Positions 1 through 14,189 of a stretch of DNA of 64,000 nt are shown here, piece after piece. Below the pieces are notes generated by a model that searched no databases, was not told the DNA's origin, and was given only the letters and a program-made list of their open reading frames with translations. The first letter of the stretch is position 1. The number at the start of each line of letters is the position of its first letter. Origin of the DNA: the human T2T-CHM13v2.0 reference genome, Homo sapiens; NCBI RefSeq assembly GCF_009914755.1, contig NC_060946.1. One strand, 5' to 3'. The position numbers and the translations under genes were made by a program.

Positions 1-3000
1 ATGTAACTTTTTTCCAGGCTCTACCTACGATGGCATTGTTACATATCTCTGCACTAATCATCCAAGTGATGTAATTCTTGTCTAGGATGTGCCTAAATTA
101 ACTTTTTGACATAACCCTGTACTGATCATCCAGGTGATGGAGCTTTTGTCTAGGCTCTGTCTAAGGGGGCATTGTGACATATTTCTGCATTGATCACCCA
201 GGTGGCGAACTCTTCTCTCGGATCTGTCTATTGGGGCATTGTGAGAAATATCTGCACTGATCACCCAGGTGATGTAACTGTTGTGTAACCTCTGCCTACA
301 GGGGAATTGTGAGAGATCTCGTCACTCATTACTCAAGTGATGTAACCATTGTCTAGGCTTTGCGTACAGGGGGCTTTGTGACATACCTTTGCACTGATCA
401 CCCAGCTGATGTAACACATCTAAGTTCGGCCTAAAGGAGATTTGTGACATATCTCTTCACTGATCACTTAGGTGATGTAACACTTTTATAATCACTGCCT
501 ACAGGGAATTTTGACAAATCTCTGCACTGATCACCTAGGTGATGTAACTCTTGTCTACCCTCTGTCCAACGGGGCATTGTGAAATATCTCTGCACTGATC
601 ACCCAGGTGATTCAACTCTTGACTAGGAACTGCCTACAGAGGTTATTGTGAAATATCTCTGCACTGATAAACTAGGTGGTGTAACCCTTGTCCAAGCTCT
701 GCCTACAGGGTCGTTTCCACATATCCCTGAACTGATGACAAAGGTGATGTAACTCTTGCCTAGGCTTTGCCTACAGGGAACATTGGACATATATCTGCAC
801 TGATCACCCAGGTGATGCAACTCCTGCCTAGGCTTTGCCTTCAGGGGACATTGTGACATATCTCTTGAATGATCACTCATGTGATGCATCTCTTGCCTAG
901 GCTTTGCCTACAGGGGACATTGTGACATATCTCTGCACTGATCTCCCAGATGCTGTAACTTTAGTCTAGGCTCTGGCTACACGGCATTGTGACCTACTTC
1001 TGCACTGATCACCCAGGTGATATAACTCTTCTCTAGGATCTGCCTACAGGGTACTTTGTGACATATCCCTGCACTGATCACCCAGGTGATCTAACTCTGG
1101 TCTAAGCTCTGCCTAAAGGGGCATTGTGACAGATCTCTCCACTGATCACTCTGGTGATGTAAGTATTGTCTAGGCTCTGCTTCAAGGGGCCTTGTCACAT
1201 ATCTCTGCACTGATCACCCAGGTGATGTAACTCTTGTCTAGGCTCTGCTTCCAGGGCATATTGTGACATATCTATGCACTGATCACCTTAGTGATGTAAC
1301 ACTTTGGTAGGCTCGGCCTAAAGGGGAATCTTGACATATCTCTGCACTGTTAACCGAGGTGATTTAACTCTTGTCTAGGCTGTGCCCACAGGGAGATTGA
1401 GACATATCTCTGCACTGATCCCGAGGTGATACAACTCTTGCCTGGTCTCTGCCTACTGTGGACATTGTGACATATCTCTGCACTGATCTCCCAGGTGCTG
1501 TAACTTTAGTCTAGGCTCTGGCTACACGGCATTGTGACATATCACTGCACTGATCACCCAGGCGATATAACTCTTCTCCAGGATCTGACCACAGGGTGCT
1601 TTGTGATATATCCCTGCAATGATCACCCAGGTGATATACCACTTGCCAAGGCTCTGCCTACAGGGGCATTGCAATGTATCTCTGCACTGATCACCTAGGT
1701 CTTGTAGCTATTTTCTAGGATCTGCCTACAGGGTGCTTTGTGACGTGTCCCAGCAAGGATTACCCAGGTGATGTACCTCTCATCAAGGCTCTGCCTACAG
1801 GCACATTGTGATGTATCTCTGCACTGATCACCTCGGTCATGTAACTTTTTTCTAGGCTCTACCTACGATGGCATTGTGACATATCTCTGCACTAATCATC
1901 CAAGTGTTGTAACTCTTGTCTAGGATGTGCCTAAATTAACTTTTTGACATAACCCTGTACTGATCATCCAGGTGATGGAGCTTTTGTCTAGGCTCTGCCT
2001 AAGGGGGCATTGTGACATATTTCTGCATTGATCACCCAGGTGGCGAACTCTTCTCTCGGATCTGCCTATGGGGGCATTGTGAGAAACCTCTGCACTGATC
2101 ACCCAGGTGATGTAACTGTTTTGTAACCTCTGCCTACAGGGGAATTGTGAGAGATCTCGTCACTCATTACCCAAGTGATGTAACCACTGTCTAGGCTTTG
2201 CGTACAGGGGGCTTTGTGACATACCTTTGCACTGATCACCCAGGTGATGTAACACATCTAAGTTCGGCCTAAAGGAGCTTTGTGACATATCTCTGCACTG
2301 ATCACTTACGTGATGTAACACTTTTATAATCACTGCCTACCGGGAATTTTGACAAATCTCTGCACTGATCACCTAGGTGATGTAACTCTTGTCTACCCTC
2401 TGTCCAACGGGGCATTGTGAAATCTCTCTGCACTGATCACCCAGGTGATTCAACGCTTGACTAGGAACTGCCTACAGAGGTTATTGTGAAATGTCTCTGC
2501 ACTGATAAACTAGGTGGTGTAACCCTTGTCCAAGCTCTGCCTACAGGGTCGTTTCCACATATCCCTGAACTGATGACAAAGGTGATGTAACCCTTGCCTA
2601 GGCTTTGCCTCCAGGGAACATTGGACATATATCTGCACTGATCACCCAGGTGATGCAACTCTTGCCTAGGCTTTGCCTTCAGGGGACATTGTGACATATC
2701 TCTTCAATGATCACTCATGTGATGCATCTCTTGCCTAGGCTTTGCCTACAGGGGACATTGTGACATATCTCTGCACTGATCTCCCAGGTGCTGTAACTTT
2801 AGTCTAGGCTCTGGCTACACGGCATTGTGACCTACTTCTGCACTGATCACCCAGGTGATATAACTCTTCTCTAGGATCTGCCTACAGGGTACTTTGTGAC
2901 ATATCCCTGCACCGATCACCCAGGTGATCTAACCCTGGTCTAAGCTCTGCCTAAAGGGGCTTTGTGACAGATCTCTGCACTGATTACTCTGGTGATGTAA

Positions 3001-3554
3001 GTATTGTCTAGGCTCTGCTTCAAGGGGCCTTGTCACATATCTCTGCACTGATCACCCAGGTGATGTAACTCTTTTCTAGGCTCTGCTTCCAGGGCATATT
3101 GTGACATATCTATGCACTGATCACCTTAGTGATGTAACACTTTGGTAGGCTCGGCCTACAGGGGAATCTTGACATATCTCTGCACTGTTAACCGAGGTGA
3201 TTTAACTCTTGTCTACGCTGTGCCCACAGGAGAATTGAGACATATCTCTGCACTGATCCCGAGGTGATACAACTCTTGCCTGGTCTCTGCCTACGGTGGA
3301 CATTGTGACATATCTCTGCACTGATCTCCCAGGTGCTGTAACTTTAGTCTAGGCTCTGGCTACACGGCATTGTGACATATCACTGCACTGATCACCCAGG
3401 CGATACAACTCTTCTCCAGGATCTGACCACAGGGTGCTTTGTGATATATCCCTGCAATGATCACCCAGGTGATATACCACTTGCCAAGGCTCTGTCTACA
3501 GGGGCATTGCAATGTATCTCTGCACTGATCACCTAGGTCTTGTAGCTATTTTCT
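1..3554 (+). repeat. Beta satellite (68-bp BSR/Beta, Sau3A) array, left of the L1; 27-mer HOR of 1838 bp
   Basis: Tandem ~68-bp monomers match the beta consensus gatcacccaggtgatgtaactcttgtctaggctctgcctacaggggcattgtgacatatctctgcact. The landmark ctaggatgtgcctaaat occurs at 82 and 1920 (period 1838, about 27x68). Confidence 0.97.
3537..3554 (+). repeat. L1 target-site duplication, copy at the L1 3' end (gtcttgtagctattttct, 18 bp)
   Basis: Identical to 9615-9632. Other HOR copies carry the empty site cacctag-gtcttgtagctattttct-aggatctg. The last T is ambiguous with the poly(A) tail. Confidence 0.95.
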
Positions 3555-3597
3555 TTTTTTTTTTTTTTTTTTTTTTAGCATATTTTTTTTTTTTATT
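3555..3597 (-). terminator. L1 polyadenylation signal AATAAA (3597-3592) and interrupted poly(A) tail A12-TATGCT-A22
   Basis: The plus strand reads t22-agcata-t12-attatac. Confidence 0.9.
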
Positions 3598-3722
3598 ATA
3601 CTCTAAGTTTTAGGGTACATGTGCACATTGTGCAGGTTAGTTACATATGTATACATGTGCCATGCTGGTGCGCTGCACCCACTAATGTGTCATCTAGCAT
3701 TAGGTATATCTCCCAATGCTAT

Positions 3723-3756
3723 CCCTCCCCCCTCCCCCGACCCCACCACAGTCCCC
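3723..3756 (-). other. L1 3'UTR G-rich polypurine tract (G-quadruplex-capable)
   Basis: The plus strand reads ccctccccCCtcccccgaccccaccacagtcccc, giving multiple G-runs on the L1 sense strand. This is a standard L1 3'UTR feature. Confidence 0.75.
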
Positions 3757-3799
3757 AGAGTGTGATATTCCCCTTCCTGTGTCCATGTGATCTCATTGT

Positions 3800-7651
<3,852 letters not shown>

Positions 7652-7690
7652 TCATTAGTTGATGCAGTTTCTTCCTAGTCTCGATGGTCT

Positions 7691-8708
7691 TTACATTTTG
7701 GCATGATTTTGCAGCGGCTGGTACCGGTTGTTCCTTTCCATGTTTAGTGCTTCCTTAAGGAGCTCTTTTAGGGTAGGCCTGGTGGTGACAAAATCTCTCA
7801 GCATTTGCTTGTCTGTAAAGTATTTTCTTTCTCCTTCACTTATGAAGCTTAGTTTGGCTGGATATGAAATTCTGGGTTGAAAATTCTTTTCTTTAAGAAT
7901 GTTGAATATTGGCCCCCACTCTCTTCTGGCTTGTAGGGTTTCTGCCGAGAGATCTGCTGTTAGTCTGATAGGCTTCCCTTTGAGGGTAACCCGACCTTTC
8001 TCTCTGGCTGCCCTTAACATTTTTTCCTTCATTTCAACTTTGGTGAATCTGACAATTATGTGTCTTGGAGTTGCTCTTCTCGAGGAGTATCTTTGTGGCG
8101 TTCTCTGTATTTCCTGAATCTGAACGTTGGCCTGCCTTGCTAGATTGGGGAAGTTCTCCTGGATAATATCCTGCAGAGTGTTTTCCAACTTGGTTCCATT
8201 CTCCACATCACTTTCAGGTACACCAATCAGACGTAGATTTGGTCTTTTCACATAGTCCCATATTTCTTGGAGGCTTTGCTCATTTCTTTTTATTCTTTTT
8301 TCTCTAAACTTCCCTTCTCGCTTCATTTCATTCATTTCATCTTCCATTGCTGATACCCTTTCTTCCAGTTGATCGCATCGGCTCCTGAGGCTTCTGCATT
8401 CTTCACGTAGTTCTCGAGCCTTGGTTTTCAGCTCCATCAGCTCCTTTAAGCACTTCTCTGTATTGGTTATTCTAGTTATACATTCTTCTAAATTTTTTTC
8501 AAAGTTTTCAACTTCTTTGCCTTTGGTTTGAATGTCCTCCCGTAGCTCAGAGTAATTTGATCGTCTGAAGCCTTCTTCTCTCAGCTCGTCAAAATCATTC
8601 TCCATCCAGCTTTGTTCTGTTGCTGGTGAGGAACTGCGTTCCTTTGGAGGAGGAGAGGCGCTCTGCGTTTTAGAGTTTCCAGTTTTTCTGTTCTGTTTTT
8701 TTCCCCAT
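7691..8708 (-). pseudogene. LINE-1 ORF1p (RNA-binding chaperone) with a +1 frameshift at codons 3-4; residual in-frame ORF from Met35 (7691-8605, 304 aa)
   Basis: The ATG at 8708 is followed by GGG and 7 A (8702-8696) instead of 6. ATG to stop spans 1018 bp rather than 1017. The frame from the true ATG stops after 12 codons (MGKKTEQKNWKL*, TAA at 8672-8670). The rest matches ORF1p (REKG, ARR and YPAKLS motifs intact). Confidence 0.88.
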
Positions 8709-9014
8709 CTTTGTGGTTTTATCTACTTTTGGTCTTTGATGATGGTGATGTACAGATGGGTTTTCGGTGTAGATGTCCTTTCTGGTTGTTAGTTTTCCTT
8801 CTAACAGACAGGACCCTCAGCTGCAGGTCTGTTGGAATACCCTGCCATGTGAGGTGTCAGTGTGCCCCTGCTGGGGGGTGCCTCCCAGTTAGGCTGCTCG
8901 GGGGTCAGGGGTCAGGGACCCACTTGAGGAGGCAGTCTGCCCGTTCTCAGATCTCCAGCTGCGTGCTGGGAGAACCACTGCTCTCTTCAAAGCTGTCAGA
9001 CAGGGACACTTAAG

Positions 9015-9215
9015 TCTGCAGAGGTTACTGCTGCCTTTTTGTTTGTCTGTGCCCTGCCCCCAGAGGTGGAGCCTACAGAGGCAGGCAGGCCTCCTTGAGC
9101 TGTGGTGGGCTCCACCCAGTTCGAGCTTCCCGGCTGCTTTGTTTACCTAAGCAAGCCTGGGCAATGGCGGGCGCCCCTCCCCCAGCCTCGTTGCCGCCTT
9201 GCAGTTTGATCTCAG
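9015..9215 (+). promoter_or_regulatory. L1 antisense promoter region (approx. +400 to +600), firing toward the right-hand satellite
   Basis: Assigned by position within an intact L1HS 5'UTR. Boundaries are approximate and activity cannot be seen from sequence. Confidence 0.7.
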
Positions 9216-9379
9216 ACTGCTGTGCTAGCAATCAGCGAGATTCCGTGGGCGTAGGACCCTCTGAGCCAGGTGTGGGATATAGTCTCGTGGTGCGCCGTTT
9301 CTTAAGCCGGTCTGAAAAGCGCAATATTCGGGTGGGAGTGACCCGATTTTCCAGGTGCGTCCATCACCCCTTTCTTTGA
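9164..9379 (+). CDS. LINE-1 ORF0, primate-specific antisense ORF, 71 aa
   Basis: ATG at 9164 in gcaATGg context encodes MAGAPPPASLPPCSLISDCCASNQRDSVGVGPSEPGVGYSLVVRRFLSRSEKRNIRVGVTRFSRCVHHPFL*. It lies within the 9095..9379 ORF of the track. Confidence 0.88.
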   Translation: MAGAPPPASLPPCSLISDCCASNQRDSVGVGPSEPGVGYSLVVRRFLSRSEKRNIRVGVTRFSRCVHHPFL

Positions 9380-9592
9380 CTCGGAAAGGGAACTCCCTGA
9401 CCCCTTGCGCTTCCCAGGTGAGGCAATGCCTCGCCCTGCTTCGGCTCGCGCACGGTGCGCACACACACTGGCCTGCGCCCACTGTCTGGCACTCCCTAGT
9501 GAGATGAACCCGGTACCTCAGATGGAAATGCAGAAATCACCCGTCTTCTGCGTCGCTCACGCTGGGAGCTGTAGACCGGAGCTGTTCCTATT

Positions 9593-9604
9593 CGGCCATC
9601 TTGG
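9593..9604 (-). promoter_or_regulatory. YY1 binding site of the L1 promoter (CCAAGATGGCCG)
   Basis: Intact motif at about +11 to +22 of the element. Confidence 0.9.
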
Positions 9605-9614
9605 CTCCTCCTCC

Positions 9615-9632
9615 GTCTTGTAGCTATTTTCT
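9615..9632 (+). repeat. L1 target-site duplication, copy at the L1 5' end
   Basis: gtcttgtagctattttct directly abuts the L1 5' end. The implied nick 5'-TTTCT/AG resembles the L1 endonuclease TTTT/AA preference. Confidence 0.95.
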
Positions 9633-12600
9633 AGGATCTGCCTACAGGGTGCTTTGTGACGTGTCCCAGCAAGGATTACCCAGGTGATGTACCTCTCATC
9701 AAGGCTCTGCCTACAGGCACATTGTGATGTATCTCTGCACTGATCACCTCGGTCATGTAACTTTTCTAGGCTATACCTACGATGGCATTGTGACATATCT
9801 CTGCACTAATCATCCAAGTGATGTAACTCTTGTCTAGGATGTGCCTAAATTAACTTTTTCACATAACCCTGTACTGATCATCCAGGTGATGGAGCTTTTG
9901 TCTAGGCTCTGCCTAAGGGGGCATTGTGACATATTTCTGCATTGATCCCCCAGGTGGCGAACTCTTCTCTCGGATCTGCCTATGGGGGCATTGTGAGAAA
10001 TCTCTGCACTGATCACCCAGGTGATGTAACTGTTGTGTAACCTCTGCCTACAGGGGAATTGTGAGAGATCTCGTCATTCATTACCCAAGTGATGTAACCA
10101 TTGTCTAGGCTTTGCGTACAGGGGGCTTTGTGACATACCTTTGCACTGATCACCCAGGTGATGTAACACATCTAAGTTCGGCCTAAAGGAGCTTTGTGAC
10201 ATATCTCTGCACTGATCACTTACGTGATGTAACACTTTTATAATCACTGCCTACAGGGAATTTTGACAAATCTCTGCACTGATCTCCTAGGCGATGTAAC
10301 TCTTGTCTACCCTCTGTCCAACGGGGCATTGTGAAATATCTCTGCACTGATCACCCAGGTGATTCAACTCTTGACTTGAAACTGCCTACAGAGGATATTG
10401 TGAAATATCTCTGCACTGATAAACTAGGTGGTGTAACCCTTGTCCAAGCTCTGCCTACAGGGTCGTTTCCACATATCCCTGAACTGATGACAAAGGTGAT
10501 GTAACCCTTGCCTAGGCTTTGCCTACAGGGAACAATGGACATATATCTGCACTGATCACCCAGGTGATGCAACTCTTGCCTAGGCTTTGCCTACACGGGA
10601 CATTGTGACATATCTCTTCAATGATCACTCATGTGATGCATCTCTTGCCTAGGCTTTGCCTACAGGGGACATTGTGACATATCTCTGCACTGATCTCCCA
10701 GGTGCTGTAACTTTAGTCTAGGCTTTGGCTACACGGCATTGTGACCTACCTCTGCACTGATCACCAAGGTGATATAACTCTTCTCTAGGATCTCCCTACA
10801 GGGTACTTTGTGACATATCCCTGCACTGATCACCCAGGTGATCTAACTCTGGTCTAAGCTCTGCCTAAAGGGGCATTGTGACAGATCTCTGCACTGATCA
10901 CTCTGGTGATGTAAGTATTGTCTAGGCTCTGCTTCAAGGGGCCTTGTCACATATCTCTGCACTGATCACCCAGGTGATGTAACTCTTTTGTAGGCTCTGC
11001 TTCCAGGGCATATTGTGACATATCTATGCACTGATCACCTTAGTGATGTAACACTTTGGTAGGCTCGGCCTACAGGGGAATCTTGACATATCTCTGCACT
11101 GTTAACCGAGGTGATTTAACTCTTGTCTAGGCTGTGCCCACAGGGGGATTGAGACATATCTCTGCACTGATCCCTAGGTGATACAACTCTTGCCTGGTCT
11201 CTGCCTACTGTGGACATTGTGACATATCTCTGCACTGATCTCCCAGGTGCTGTAACTTTAGTCTAGGCTCTGGCTACACGGCATTGTGACATATCACTGC
11301 ACTGATCACCCAGGCGATATAACTGTTCTCTAGGATCTGACCACAGGGTGCTTTGTGACATATCCCTGCAATGATCACCCAGGTGATATACCACTTGCCA
11401 AGGCTCTGCCTACAGGGGCATTGCAATGTATCTCTGCACTGATCACCTAGGTCTTGTAGCTATTTTCTAGGATCTGCCTACAGGGTGCTTTGTGACGTGT
11501 CCCAGCAAGGATTACCCAGGTGATGTACCTCTCATCAAGGCTCTGCCTACAGGCACATTGTGATGTATCTCTGCACTGATCACCTCGGTCATGTAACTTT
11601 TTTCTAGGCTCTACATACGATGGCATTGTGACATATCTCTGCACTAATCATCCAAGTGATGTAATTCTTGTCTAGGATGTGCCTAAATTAACTTTTTGAC
11701 ATAACCCTGTACTGATCATCCAGGTGATGGAGCTTTTGTCTAGGCTCTGCCTAAGGGGGCATTGTGACATATTTCTGCATTGATCACCCAGGTGGCGAAC
11801 TCTTCTCTCGGATCTCTCTATGGGGGCATTATGAGAAATGTCTGCACTGATCACCCAGGTGATGTAACTGTTGTGTAACCTCTGCCTACAGGGGAATTGT
11901 GAGAGATCTCGTCACTCATTACTCAAGTGATGTAACCATTGTCTAGGCTTTGCGTACAGGGGGCTTTGTGACATACCTTTGCACTGATCACCCAGCTGAT
12001 GTAAGACATCTAAGTTCGGCCTAAAGGAGCTTTGTGACATATCTCTGCACTGATCACTTAGGTGATGTAACACTTTTATAATCACTGCCTACAGGGAATT
12101 TTGACAAATCTCTGCACTGATCACCTAGGTGATGTAACTCTTGTCTACCCTCTGTCCAACGGGGCATTGTGAAATATCTCTGCACTGATCACCCAGGTGA
12201 TTCAACTCTTGACTAGGAACTGCCTACAGAGGTTATTGTGAAATATCTCTGCACTGATAAACTAGGTGGTGTAAACCTTGTCCAAGCTCTGCCTACAGGG
12301 TGGTTTCCACATATCCCTGAACTGATGACAAAGGTGATGTAACTCTTGCCTAGGCTTTGCCTACAGGGAACATTGGACATATATCTGCACTGATCACCCA
12401 GGTGATGCAACTCCTGCCTAGGCTTTGCCTTCAGGGGACATTGTGACATATCTCTTGAACGATCACTCATGTGATGCATCTCTTGCCTAGGCTTTGCCTA
12501 CAGGGGACATTGTGACATATCTCTGCACTGATCTCCCAGATGCTGTAACTTTATTCTAGGCTCTGGCTACACGGCATTGTGACCTACTTCTGCACTGATC

Positions 12601-14189
12601 ACCCAGGTGATATAACTCTTCTCTAGGATCTGCCTACAGGGTACTTTGTGACATATCCCTGCACTGATCACCCAGGTGATCTAACTCTGGTCTAAGCTCT
12701 GCCTAAAGGGGCAATGTGACAGATCTCTGCACTGATCACTCTGGTGATGTAAGTATTGTCTAGGCTCTGCTTCAAGGGGCCTTGTCACATATCTCTGCAC
12801 TGATCACCCAGGTGATGTAACTCTTGTCTAGGCTCTGCTTCCAGGGCATATTGTGACATATCTATGCACTGATCACCTTAGTGATGTAACACTTTGGTAG
12901 GCTCGGCCTACAGGGGAATCTTGACATATCTCTTCACTGTTAACCGAGGTGATTTAACTCTTGTCTAGGCTGTGCCCACAGGGAGATTGAGACATATCTC
13001 TGCACTCATCCCGAGGTGATACAACTCTTGCCTGGTCTCTGCCTACTGTGGACATTGTGACATATCTCTGCACTGATCTCCCAGGTGCTGTAACTTTAGT
13101 CTAGGCTCTGGCTACACGGCATTGTGACATATCACTGCACTGATCACCCAGACGATATAACTCTTCTCCAGGATCTGACCACAGGGTGCTTTGTGATATA
13201 TCCCTGCAATGATCACCCAGGTGATATACCACTTGCCAAGGCTCTGCCTACAGGGGCATTGCAATGTATCTCTGCACTGATCACCTAGGTCTTGTAGCTA
13301 TTTTCTAGGATCTGCCTACAGGGTGCTTTGTGACGTTTCCCAGCAAGGATTACCCAGGTGATGTACCTCTCATCAAGGCTCTGCCTACAGGCACATTGTG
13401 ATGTATCTCTGCACTGATCACCTCGGTCATGTAACTTTTTTCTAGGCTCTACCTACGATGGCATTGTGACATATCTCTGCACTAATCATCCAAGTGTTGT
13501 AACTCTTGTCTAGGATGTGCCTAAATTAACTTTTTGACATAACCCTGTACTGATCATCCAGGTGATGGAGCTTTTGTCTAGGCTCTGCCTAAGGGGGCAT
13601 TGTGACATATTTCTGCATTGATCACCCAGGTGGCGAACTCTTCTCTCGGATCTGCCTATTGGGGCATTGTGAGAAACCTCTGCACTGATCACCCAGGTGA
13701 TGTAACTGTTTTGTAACCTCTGCCTACAGGGGAATTGTGAGAGATCTCGTCACTCATTACCCAAGTGATGTAACCACTGTCTAGGCTTTGCGTAAAGGGG
13801 GCTTTGTGACATACCTTTGCACTGATCACCCAGGTGATGTAACACATCTAAGTTCGGCCTAAAGGAGCTTTGTGACATATCTCTGCACTGATCACTTACG
13901 TGATGTAACACTTTTATAATCACTGCCTACCGGGAATTTTGACAAATCTCTGCACTGATCACCTAGGTGATGTAACTCTTGTCTACCCTCTGTCCAACGG
14001 GGCATTGTGAAATCTCTCTGCACTGATCACCCAGGTGATTCAACTCTTGACTAGGAACTGCCTACAGAGGTTATTGTGAAATATCTCTGCACTGATAAAC
14101 TAGGTGGTGTAACCCTTGTCAAAGCTCTGCCTACAGGCTCGTTTCCACATATCCCTGAACTGATGACAAAGGTGATGTAACCCTTGCCT

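Larger units (their letters stand above)
8709..9614 (-). promoter_or_regulatory. L1 5'UTR: CpG-rich internal RNA Pol II sense promoter
   Basis: 906-bp GC/CpG-rich segment matching the L1HS 5'UTR, complete to the 5' end. Confidence 0.93.

Noticed and set aside
7691-8605. Calling the 304-aa ORF a normal intact ORF1
   Set aside because: It starts at internal Met35. The real start at 8708 is out of frame by one base.
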